A stretch of DNA of 18,174 bases from an uncultured Flavonifractor sp. (GTDB lineage Bacteria > Bacillota > Clostridia > Oscillospirales > Oscillospiraceae). Every line of letters begins with the position of its first letter. Within the stretch, counting starts at the first letter, position 1. The position numbers and the translations under genes were made by a program. Where the stretch lies: the NCBI RefSeq assembly GCF_944387675.1, contig NZ_CALXFV010000040.1, positions 1 to 18,174 on the forward strand, given 5' to 3'. Positions 7,453-15,677 of this stretch are shown here, piece after piece. The notes beneath the pieces are model-generated. The model made no database searches and was not told where the DNA came from. It was given only the letters and a program-made list of their open reading frames with translations.

Positions 7453-10053
7453 ATGCCGTCGGAACTGACCCCCATGATGCGCCAATATCTGAATATGAAG
7501 CAGCTCCACCCGGACTGCATTCTGTTTTTCCGGCTGGGGGATTTTTACGAGATGTTCCAGGAGGACGCCAAGCTGGTGTCCAAGGAGCTGGACCTCACCC
7601 TCACCACCCGGGACCGGGGCAAGCCGGCGGAGGAGCGCACTCCCATGTGCGGCGTCCCCTACCACTCCGCCGACGCCTATATCGCCCGGCTTATCGCCAA
7701 GGGGTATAAAATCGCCATCTGCGAGCAGATGGAGGACCCGGCCACCGCCAAGGGCCTGGTGGACCGGGACATCATCCGCATCATCACCCCCGGCACGGTG
7801 ATGAATTCCTCCATGCTGGAGGAGGGGAAAAACAACTTCCTCTGCGCCCTCTGCCGGGACGGGGGCGGCACCGGGCTTTGCATCTGCGACGTCTCCACCG
7901 GCGAACTCTCCGCTGCCTGCTTTCCCGCCGGGGAGGAGGGAGAGGAGCATCTGTACAACGAGCTGGGCCGCTTCGCCCCCAGGGAGGCCCTGCTGAACCA
8001 CACCGCCTATGGGGACGCCGCCCTGGTGCGCTTTCTCACCGGCCAGCTGGGCTGCCGGTGCGAAGACGGAGGGGAGGAGCGGTTCCAGGCGGAGGCAGCG
8101 GAGGAGACGGCCCGCCGGCAGTTCGCCGCCGGGCTGGACGGCCTTCCCCAGGGGTCGGAGCAGGCGGTGCGGGCGGTGGGCGGCCTTCTGCGCTACCTGT
8201 ACGAGACCCAGAAGACCGACCTCAGCCACATCACCACCCTGACCTGGCTGGCCGCCGGGCAGTACATGGAACTGGACCTCACCGCCCGGCGCAACCTGGA
8301 GCTGACCGAGACCCTCCGCTCCAAGGAGAAAAAGGGGAGCCTGCTGTGGGTGCTGGACAAAACCCGCACCCCCATGGGCCGCCGGCTCATCCGCGCCTGG
8401 ATGGAGCGGCCCCTTCTCTCCCCCGTGGCCATCGGCAGGCGGCTGGGGGCGGTGGAGGAGCTGGTGAACGACCCCATCCGCCGGGGGGAGCTGACCGCCA
8501 CCTTGCGGGAGGTCACCGATCTGGAGCGGCTTATCGGCCGTATCGTCTACGGCACCGCCGGGGGGCGGGACCTGGTGTCCCTGGCGGCGGGACTGGGCAG
8601 GCTGCCCGCCCTGCGGGCGCTGCTGGCCCCCTCCGCCTCGGCCCTGCTCTCCAGCCTGGCCCGCGCCCTGGACGATCTGCCCCAGCTGCGGGCGCTGATC
8701 GCCGCCGCCATGGTGGACGAGCCGCCCTTCTCCGTGCGGGAAGGGGGCTTTATCCGCGCAGGTTACGACGCCGAGGTGGACCGGCTGCGGAGCATTCTCA
8801 CCAACGGCAAGGACCTGGTGGCGGGGATTGAGGCCAGAGAGAAGGAGAAGACCGGCATCAAGAGCCTGAAGGTGGGCTTCAACAAGGTCTTCGGCTATTA
8901 CATCGAGGTATCCAAGTCCTACTACGACCAGGTGCCGGAGGACTATATCCGCAAGCAGACCCTGGTCAATTGTGAGCGGTACATCACCCAGGAGCTGAAG
9001 GACCTGGAGCACGAGATTCTCTCCGCTCAGGACCGGATCTGCGCCCTGGAGTTCCAGCTCTTCTGCCAGATGCGGGAGCAGGTTGCCGCCCAGGTGGGGG
9101 CCATTCAGCGCTCTGCCGCCGCCGCCGCCCAGGTGGATGTGCTCACCTCCTTCGCCCACGTGGCCGCTGAAAACGGCTACTGCCGGCCGGAGGTGGACCA
9201 GTCCGACCGGCTGGAAATTGCCGAGGGCCGCCATCCGGTGGTGGAGCAGATGCTCCGCCACAGCCTCTTTGTCCCCAACGACACCCATATGGACGGCGGG
9301 GAGAACACGGTGGCCATCATCACCGGCCCCAACATGGCGGGCAAGTCCACCTATATGCGGCAGGTGGCCCTCATCGTCCTCATGGCCCAGATGGGTTCCT
9401 TCGTCCCCGCCCGCTCCGCCCGCATCGGAGTGGTGGACCGGGTCTTCACCCGCATCGGGGCCAGCGACGACCTGTCCGCCGGCCAGTCCACCTTTATGGT
9501 GGAGATGACCGAGGTGGCGGAGCTTTTGAAAAACGCCACCTCCAGAAGCCTGCTCATTCTGGACGAGATCGGCCGGGGTACCTCCACCTACGACGGCATG
9601 GCCATCGCCCGCTCGGTGCTGGAATACTGCGCCGACAAGAAGAAGCTGGGGGCCAAGACCCTGTTTGCCACCCATTATCATGAGATCACCGCCCTGGAGG
9701 GGATTATCCCCGGGGTGAAGAACTTCAACATCGCCGCCAAGAAGAAGGGGGACGACATCCTCTTTTTGCGGAAAATTGTCCGGGGAGGCGCCGACCAGAG
9801 CTACGGCATCGAGGTGGCCAAACTGGCCGGGGTGCCGGGCAAGGTCATCGCCCGGGCCAGGCAGATCCTCTCCGAGCTGGAGGCCGGCCAGGTCCAGACC
9901 GCCCCTCCGCCGGCCCCTCCGGCCTCGGGCCAGGTGTCCCTTGCCGACATGGGGGGGAGCCAGGTCACCCGCCGCCTGCAGCAGGTGGATCTCAACACCC
10001 TCACCCCCATCGAGGCCATGAATCTGCTCTTTGAGCTCAAGCAGATGGTATAA
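7453..10053 (+). CDS. mutS: DNA mismatch repair protein MutS
   Basis: 866 aa; FFRLGDFYEMF mismatch-binding motif, Walker A GPNMAGKST, LLILDEIGRGTSTYDG, TLFATHYHE. Confidence 0.98.
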   Translation: MPSELTPMMRQYLNMKQLHPDCILFFRLGDFYEMFQEDAKLVSKELDLTLTTRDRGKPAEERTPMCGVPYHSADAYIARLIAKGYKIAICEQMEDPATAKGLVDRDIIRIITPGTVMNSSMLEEGKNNFLCALCRDGGGTGLCICDVSTGELSAACFPAGEEGEEHLYNELGRFAPREALLNHTAYGDAALVRFLTGQLGCRCEDGGEERFQAEAAEETARRQFAAGLDGLPQGSEQAVRAVGGLLRYLYETQKTDLSHITTLTWLAAGQYMELDLTARRNLELTETLRSKEKKGSLLWVLDKTRTPMGRRLIRAWMERPLLSPVAIGRRLGAVEELVNDPIRRGELTATLREVTDLERLIGRIVYGTAGGRDLVSLAAGLGRLPALRALLAPSASALLSSLARALDDLPQLRALIAAAMVDEPPFSVREGGFIRAGYDAEVDRLRSILTNGKDLVAGIEAREKEKTGIKSLKVGFNKVFGYYIEVSKSYYDQVPEDYIRKQTLVNCERYITQELKDLEHEILSAQDRICALEFQLFCQMREQVAAQVGAIQRSAAAAAQVDVLTSFAHVAAENGYCRPEVDQSDRLEIAEGRHPVVEQMLRHSLFVPNDTHMDGGENTVAIITGPNMAGKSTYMRQVALIVLMAQMGSFVPARSARIGVVDRVFTRIGASDDLSAGQSTFMVEMTEVAELLKNATSRSLLILDEIGRGTSTYDGMAIARSVLEYCADKKKLGAKTLFATHYHEITALEGIIPGVKNFNIAAKKKGDDILFLRKIVRGGADQSYGIEVAKLAGVPGKVIARARQILSELEAGQVQTAPPPAPPASGQVSLADMGGSQVTRRLQQVDLNTLTPIEAMNLLFELKQMV

Positions 10054-10118
10054 CGGCAGGGCCATGCGGGCAGCGCCCCGCCCGCGCCCGCCCGTCCAAA
10101 CGCAAGGAGGAACATGCC

Positions 10119-10823
10119 ATGTTAGACCGGCAGCGCCGCCCCTGGCGGCCCCAGCTGACCCGGGCCGAAATGGGCCGGGGGTGGGTGTTCTTTGCCCTGT
10201 ACGTCCTCCTGTTTCCCTGGGTGATGGGGTGGGTGCAGCGCTCCTTTGACGGAGAGCTGCCCATTGCCGAGTCCAACGTGGTCTACTACCTCCTCTCCGC
10301 CACCCTGGTGTTTCTGGTGTTCTGGACCTTTCTGCGGCACGGCTTCCATCTGCTGCTAGACTGGCTGCCGGAAAACCTGTTTGCCTTCGGCACCGGTCTG
10401 GTGGGGTGGGCGGTGCTGGCCTTTCTGGCGGGACTTGTCCCCCTGCCGGTGAAAAACCCCAATCTGCTGAGCTATCCGGAGCAGTTTGCCCTGGCCCCCT
10501 TTGCCACAGGCATGATCCTCATCGTCCTCATGCCCCTTGTGGAGGAGCCTTTGTTCCGGGGGCTGCTCTTCGGCACCAGCCGCAAGTACAGCCGGGTGCT
10601 GGGTTACCTGCTCTCCGTCTTCCTCTACGCCTTCTACTGCGTGTGGCAGTTTGTCTACGCCTACGGAGTGGTGGACTTCCGCTACCTGCTGCTGTTTGTG
10701 GAGTACCTGCCCATGGCACTGGCCCTCACCTGGTGCTACGACAACGGCGGGTCCATCTGGAGTCCCATCGCCCTGCACATGGTCATCAACGCCCTCACTC
10801 TGGCGCGCACGGTGGGGGGGTAA
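10119..10823 (+). CDS. CPBP family intramembrane metalloprotease (CAAX protease-like)
   Basis: Multiple hydrophobic segments, EEPLFRG (EExxxR motif) and C-terminal HMVINAL (HxxxN motif); AAGGAGG RBS upstream. Confidence 0.88.
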   Translation: MLDRQRRPWRPQLTRAEMGRGWVFFALYVLLFPWVMGWVQRSFDGELPIAESNVVYYLLSATLVFLVFWTFLRHGFHLLLDWLPENLFAFGTGLVGWAVLAFLAGLVPLPVKNPNLLSYPEQFALAPFATGMILIVLMPLVEEPLFRGLLFGTSRKYSRVLGYLLSVFLYAFYCVWQFVYAYGVVDFRYLLLFVEYLPMALALTWCYDNGGSIWSPIALHMVINALTLARTVGG

Positions 10824-10888
10824 TTTGCGGCGGGGTCCCATGCCCGCGCCGGTTTCACACTTCCCCTTTTTAGAAAGCAGGTACGTTT

Positions 10889-12766
10889 ATGCCTCACATT
10901 CAACAACTGGACCCCCATGTGGCCGACCTGATCGCCGCCGGCGAGGTGGTGGAGCGGCCGGCCAGCGTGGTGAAGGAGCTGATGGAGAACGCCATCGACG
11001 CCGGGGCGGACAAGCTGACGGTGGAAATCCAGCACGGGGGCATGGCCCTCATCCGGGTCACCGACAACGGCTGCGGCATTGAAGCGGAGGAGGCCCAGAC
11101 CGCCTTCCTTCGCCACGCCACCAGCAAGCTGCGCACCGAGTACGACCTGGAGGCCATCGGCACCCTGGGCTTCCGGGGGGAGGCCCTGGCGGCCATAGCC
11201 GCCGTCAGCCGGGTGGAGCTGCTCACCCGCACCCGGGAGCGGGAGTTGGGCTGCGCCCTGTCCCTGGAGGGGGGCGTGGTGGTGAGCCGGGAGGAGGCGG
11301 GCTGTCCCCCCGGCACTACCCTGGTGGTGAAGGACCTGTTCTACAACACCCCCGCCCGGCTGAAATTCATGAAGAAAGACGCCGCCGAAGGGGCGGCCTG
11401 CTTTGCCATGGTGCAGCGGGTGGCCCTCTCCCACCCGGAGGTGGGGGTGAAGTTCCTCCGGGACGGCAGACAGGAGCTGCTTACCCCCGGGGACGGCCAG
11501 CTGAAGTCCGCCCTGTACGCCGTGCTGGGCCGGGACCTGGCCCTGGGCTTCACGCCGGTGAAGGGCTCGGGGGAGGAGATGCAGGTCTCCGGCTTTGTCT
11601 CCCTGCCCACCTGCTGCCGGGGCAGCCGGGGCTACCAGTACTTTTTTGTCAACGGCCGGTACGTGAAAAGCCGCACCATGATGGCCGCCCTGGAGGAGGC
11701 CTACGCCAACCAGAAGATGGTGGGCAAATTCCCCGGCTGCGTCCTTCACCTCACCACCCGCCTCAATTCGGTGGATGTGAACGTTCACCCCACCAAGCAG
11801 GAGGTGAAGTTCGGCAGCGACAAGAAGGTGTTTGACGCGGTGTATTACGCCGTGAAATCCACCCTGGAGGCCGACCGCACCCGCCCTTCCGCCGTGGCGG
11901 AGGAGCCTCCCCGGCTGGCCCCCAGGGCCGCCCGGGACACGGTGACGGCCAGCCAGACCGCCCTGCCCCTGCGGGATTTTACCGCCTCCGCCCCCACCGG
12001 AAAGGAGAAGGTCTTTGTCCGCCCCAAAACGGTCCCCACACCCGCCTCGGGGGCGGATGCCCCCGCCCCTGCCGGAAGGGCGGCCGTCCCTATCCGCCTG
12101 GAAAAGGCACCCGCCCCCACCGCGGAAGCGGCTGTCCCCGTTCGCCCGAATGCAGCGCCTGCCCCCGCCCCGGGGGCGGATCTCCCTGTCCCCCCGGAAC
12201 CGGAGCCCTGGCGTCTGGCTGGGGAGGTGCTGGACACCTACCTTGTGGTGGAGCAGGGGGACAAGGTGCTGCTCATTGACAAACACGCCGCCCATGAGCG
12301 GATGAATTTCGACCGGATGAAGGCGGAGGGCTACCAGCCCATGGTCCAGGCCCTGCTCACCCCGGTGGTGTTTACCCCCCCGGCGGAGGAGGGGGCGGCC
12401 CTGCTGGCCCACCTGCCCCTGCTGGCCCGCTTTGGGTTTGAGGCGGAGGACTTCGGCGGCGGTACCCTTTTGGTCCGCGCCGCCCCGTCGGATGTGGCGG
12501 CGGGGGCCATCCCCGATCTGCTGGCGGAGCTGGGGGAGCGTCTGCTCACCTGCGGCACCGCCGACCCGGAGGCCGCCCGGGACGAGCTGCTTCACACCAT
12601 GGCCTGCAAGGCGGCCATCAAGGGGGGGCAGCGGAACAGCCAGGCCGAACTGCTGAAGGTGGCCCAGGCGGTGATGGACGGGGACGTGAAATACTGCCCC
12701 CACGGCCGGCCGGTGGCCATTGAACTGACCCGCCAGCAGATTGAAAAGCGGTTCGGCCGGGCGTGA
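10889..12766 (+). CDS. mutL: DNA mismatch repair protein MutL
   Basis: GHKL motifs IAAGEVVERPASVVKELMENAIDAG, TLGFRGEALAAIAAV; C-terminal DKHAAHER and CPHGRP; low-complexity Pro/Ala linker. Confidence 0.97.
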   Translation: MPHIQQLDPHVADLIAAGEVVERPASVVKELMENAIDAGADKLTVEIQHGGMALIRVTDNGCGIEAEEAQTAFLRHATSKLRTEYDLEAIGTLGFRGEALAAIAAVSRVELLTRTRERELGCALSLEGGVVVSREEAGCPPGTTLVVKDLFYNTPARLKFMKKDAAEGAACFAMVQRVALSHPEVGVKFLRDGRQELLTPGDGQLKSALYAVLGRDLALGFTPVKGSGEEMQVSGFVSLPTCCRGSRGYQYFFVNGRYVKSRTMMAALEEAYANQKMVGKFPGCVLHLTTRLNSVDVNVHPTKQEVKFGSDKKVFDAVYYAVKSTLEADRTRPSAVAEEPPRLAPRAARDTVTASQTALPLRDFTASAPTGKEKVFVRPKTVPTPASGADAPAPAGRAAVPIRLEKAPAPTAEAAVPVRPNAAPAPAPGADLPVPPEPEPWRLAGEVLDTYLVVEQGDKVLLIDKHAAHERMNFDRMKAEGYQPMVQALLTPVVFTPPAEEGAALLAHLPLLARFGFEAEDFGGGTLLVRAAPSDVAAGAIPDLLAELGERLLTCGTADPEAARDELLHTMACKAAIKGGQRNSQAELLKVAQAVMDGDVKYCPHGRPVAIELTRQQIEKRFGRA

Positions 12767-12798
12767 ACGCCGGAATTCGAGCAAATCCCCGTTTAATT

Positions 12799-12809
12799 TG
12801 GTATATATT
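12799..12809 (+). promoter_or_regulatory. Candidate extended -10 promoter upstream of hfq
   Basis: TGGTATATATT in an AT-rich stretch of the 77-nt mutL-hfq gap; no convincing -35. Confidence 0.35.
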
Positions 12810-12843
12810 GGATGCATCTCAGAGAAAAAAGGAGTGCACCCAC

Positions 12844-13080
12844 ATGCAAAAGACACACAACCTGCAAGATCTGTTTCTGCTCCGCGCCCGGCGGGACCGG
12901 GTCAACGTAACCCTGTTTCTGATGAACGGCTACCAGCTCAAGGGCCAGATTACGGGCTTTGACGCCTTTGTGGTGGTACTTATGACGGGGGAACGGCAGC
13001 AGATCATTTACAAGCACGCCATCTCCACCATTGTCCCCGAGCGGGCCATTCCCCTGGACGGGGAGGGGGAGGGGCGGTAG
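12844..13080 (+). CDS. hfq: RNA chaperone Hfq
   Basis: 78 aa; NLQDLFLLRARRDRVNVTLFLMNGYQLKGQITGFDAFVV, YKHAISTI Sm2 motif; AAAAGGAG RBS 9 nt upstream of ATG. Confidence 0.96.
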   Translation: MQKTHNLQDLFLLRARRDRVNVTLFLMNGYQLKGQITGFDAFVVVLMTGERQQIIYKHAISTIVPERAIPLDGEGEGR

Positions 13081-13101
13081 CGCAGCGCGAAGGAGCGGCC
13101 C

Positions 13102-14385
13102 ATGAAGCAAGGTACCCTGAACAGTAAAATCGTGATGCTTCTGCTGCTGGCGGCAGCGGTGGTCTATCTGGCGGTGTCGGCCTGGCAGAGCTTTCGGGAC
13201 CCCTTTACCACGGCGGCCACCTATTCCTATACGGTGGACGACAGCATGGAGGCCACCGGCTTTCTGGTGCGGGAGGAGCAGGTGCTCACCCAAACCGGCG
13301 GCACGGTGGAGCTGCTGCCCCAGGAGGGGGAGAAGGTGGCCAAGGGCGGGACGGTGGCTCTGCTCTACCAGGACGCCTCCGGGCTGGAGCGCAGGCAGCA
13401 GCTCCAGCAGCTGGAGCTGGAGAAGGAGCAGCTGGAGTATGCCCTGGAGCGGTCCGACCTGGGGGGCGGGGACTCCGCCCAGCTGAGCCAGCAGGTGCTG
13501 GATGCCATCATCAGCCTGCGGGCCTCGGCGGCGTCGGGGGACCTGACCGGGCTGGAGAGCCAGGCCATGAATTTGAAAAGCCTGGTCTACAAGCGGGAAT
13601 ACGCCTACACCGGCACGGGGGACACCGCCCAGGACAGCGCCGCCGGCATCCAGGCGGCCCTGGACGAGGTAAACAACCAGATCTCCGCCCTGTCCGCCCA
13701 GGCCTCTCAGAGCACCAGCCGGCTCACCGCCAGCCAGTCCGGGATTTTCTCCGGGTATGTGGACGGGTATGAGAGCCTGCTCACCCCGGAGATGCTGGAG
13801 AGCGTCACCCCCGCCCAGCTGGAGCAGCTGGCCCAAAACCGCCCGGCGGAGAACCCCGACGCGGTGGGCAAGCTCATCACCAATTCCACCTGGTACTTTG
13901 CCTGCAGCCTGCCGGCGGAAAGCGCAGAGCGGCTGGTGGAGGGGCGGACGGTGACGGTCCGCTTCTCCCGGGACTGGTCCGGGGAGATCACCATGACGGT
14001 GTACCGGGTGGGAGAGGCGGAAAACGGCCAGACGGCGGTGGTGCTGTCCACCGACAAATACCTGTCCGACACCACCCTGCTCCGCCGCCAGACGGTGGAG
14101 CTGGTGTTCGGTTCGGTCACCGGGGTACGCATTCCCAAGGAGGCCCTCCGGGTGGAGGAACAGACCGTCACCGACGAGGAGACGGGAGAGCAGTCCCAGG
14201 TCAACGTCCCCGGGGTGTACGCCCTGGTGGGGGAGCAGGCGGAATTCAAGCCGGTGACCATTCTGCTCCAGGGGGACGGCTATGCCCTGGCGGAGGCCGC
14301 GGCCACCGGCCGGAAGGCCCTGCGCTCCGGCGATCTGGTCATTGTGGCGGCGGAGGACCTGTACGACGGCAAGGTGATTTCATAG
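13102..14385 (+). CDS. HlyD-like membrane-anchored adaptor/periplasmic-adaptor-domain protein
   Basis: 427 aa; N-terminal TM segment (IVMLLLLAAAVVYLAVSAW), lipoyl/barrel-sandwich-like GGTVELLPQEGEKVAKGGTVALLY, coiled coil, C-terminal beta-rich domain with VRIPKEAL. Confidence 0.75.
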   Translation: MKQGTLNSKIVMLLLLAAAVVYLAVSAWQSFRDPFTTAATYSYTVDDSMEATGFLVREEQVLTQTGGTVELLPQEGEKVAKGGTVALLYQDASGLERRQQLQQLELEKEQLEYALERSDLGGGDSAQLSQQVLDAIISLRASAASGDLTGLESQAMNLKSLVYKREYAYTGTGDTAQDSAAGIQAALDEVNNQISALSAQASQSTSRLTASQSGIFSGYVDGYESLLTPEMLESVTPAQLEQLAQNRPAENPDAVGKLITNSTWYFACSLPAESAERLVEGRTVTVRFSRDWSGEITMTVYRVGEAENGQTAVVLSTDKYLSDTTLLRRQTVELVFGSVTGVRIPKEALRVEEQTVTDEETGEQSQVNVPGVYALVGEQAEFKPVTILLQGDGYALAEAAATGRKALRSGDLVIVAAEDLYDGKVIS

Positions 14386-14415
14386 AAATAGAGCAGCAAA
14401 CGGGAGGGATTCCAC

Positions 14416-15123
14416 ATGTCGCTGGAAGAGAACATCGCCCGGGTGAAGGAGAACATGGTCCGGGCGGCCCGGGCCGCCGGCCGGGACCCGGCGGAGATCA
14501 CCCTGGTGGCGGCCACCAAGGTGCAGAGATCGGACACCATCCGGCGGGCCATTGCCGCCGGCGTGACGGTGTGCGGGGAGAACCGGGTGCAGGAGATGAC
14601 CGCCCACCTGGAGGACGACGCCTACGCCGGCGCCGCCCTCCACTTCATCGGCCATTTGCAGACCAACAAGGTGCGCCAGGTGGTGGGCCGGGTGGATCTG
14701 ATCCAGTCGGTGGGTTCGGAGCACCTGCTGGACGCCATTGAGGCCCAGGCCGCCAAGCTGGATCTGGTGCAGGACATCCTGCTGGAGGTAAACATCGGCG
14801 GGGAGCTGTCCAAAAGCGGCGTGGCGCCGGAGGCGGTCAAGCCCCTGGCTCAAAAGGCCATATCCTGCCCCCACCTGCGGCTGCGGGGCCTGATGGCCAT
14901 TCCCCCCGTTGCCGGCCAGCCCGGGGCGAATCGACCATTTTTTGCAAAAATGTATCAGCTTTATGTTGACATAAGAATGAATTTGGACCATAATGGGACT
15001 GTTATAAACTGTCTCTCCATGGGCATGAGCGACGACTATGAGGACGCCGTGAGGGAGGGCGCCACCCTGGTGCGGGTGGGTACCGCCCTGTTCGGCCCGC
15101 GGCCGCCCATGAGACAGGGATAA
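14416..15123 (+). CDS. YggS/YlmE family pyridoxal phosphate-dependent protein
   Basis: 235 aa; LVAATK (PLP lysine), CGENRVQE, HFIGHLQTNK, LSMGMSDDYEDAVREGATLVRVGTALFG. Confidence 0.95.
   Translation: MSLEENIARVKENMVRAARAAGRDPAEITLVAATKVQRSDTIRRAIAAGVTVCGENRVQEMTAHLEDDAYAGAALHFIGHLQTNKVRQVVGRVDLIQSVGSEHLLDAIEAQAAKLDLVQDILLEVNIGGELSKSGVAPEAVKPLAQKAISCPHLRLRGLMAIPPVAGQPGANRPFFAKMYQLYVDIRMNLDHNGTVINCLSMGMSDDYEDAVREGATLVRVGTALFGPRPPMRQG
14966..14994 (+). promoter_or_regulatory. Near-consensus internal sigma-A promoter inside yggS, upstream of sepF-divIVA
   Basis: TTGACA (14966-14971) - 17 nt - CATAAT (14989-14994) in an AT-rich island. Confidence 0.6.
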
Positions 15124-15155
15124 GCTGAAACAGAAAATTCGGGAGGGAAACCGAA

Positions 15156-15656
15156 ATGGGTTTTTTTGACGAACTGAAGCGCCTGGCCCGTCCCTATGAG
15201 GACGAGGAAGTGGAGGAGGAGTTTGACGACTTTGAGCCGGTCACCCGCAGCGAGCGGATGGACCGCACCGGCACCGACCGGGCGGAGCGGCGCAGCGCCA
15301 AGCTTCAGGACACCAATACCGGCGTCTTTCCTCAGGAGGCGGAGCGGCGGAACAACAAGGTAGTCAATATCCACACCACCACCCAGCTCCAGGTGGTGCT
15401 GGTGAAGCCCGAACGGTTTGAGAACGCCAGTGAGATTGCCGACCATCTGCGGGAGAAGCGCACGGTGGTACTCAATCTGGAGTCCACCAACAAGGAGGTG
15501 GCCCGCCGGGTGCTGGACTTTTTGGCCGGCGCTGCCTATGTCAACGAGGGCAAGATCAAGAAGGTGGCCATCTCCACCTACATCATCACGCCCTACAACG
15601 TGGACATTCTGGGCGATCTCATCGACGAGCTGGAGAACAACGGGCTGTATTTCTAA
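15156..15656 (+). CDS. sepF: Cell division protein SepF
   Basis: 166 aa; MGFFDELKRLA N-terminus, VLVKPERFENASEIADHLREKRTVVLNLE, RVLDFLAGAAY core. Confidence 0.95.
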   Translation: MGFFDELKRLARPYEDEEVEEEFDDFEPVTRSERMDRTGTDRAERRSAKLQDTNTGVFPQEAERRNNKVVNIHTTTQLQVVLVKPERFENASEIADHLREKRTVVLNLESTNKEVARRVLDFLAGAAYVNEGKIKKVAISTYIITPYNVDILGDLIDELENNGLYF

Positions 15657-15677
15657 TGGGAGCAGGGGGGAGCAAGT

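Noticed and set aside
5958-7520. 520 aa minus-strand ORF opposite miaB
   Set aside because: Antisense shadow; its coding interpretation conflicts with the intact MiaB frame.
7363-10065. 900 aa minus-strand ORF antisense to mutS
   Set aside because: Shadow ORF from high GC codon bias; low-complexity Gly/His/Gln-rich translation with no family motifs, while the plus strand encodes unmistakable MutS.
12000-12220. Pro/Ala-rich repeated-looking stretch (PAPTAEAAVPVRPNAAPAPAPGAD) as a possible tandem repeat element
   Set aside because: Best explained as the flexible low-complexity linker between MutL N- and C-terminal domains; no exact tandem unit.
12763-12843. In-frame N-terminal extension of Hfq starting at GTG 12763 that overlaps the mutL stop (GTGA)
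   Set aside because: Extension MNAGIRANPRLIWYILDASQRKKECTH has no Hfq similarity; the ATG at 12844 has a strong RBS and the standard Hfq N-terminus.
10736-12856. 706 aa minus-strand ORF antisense to mutL and CPBP gene
   Set aside because: Same antisense artefact; sequence is Gly/Arg/His-rich with no domain signature.
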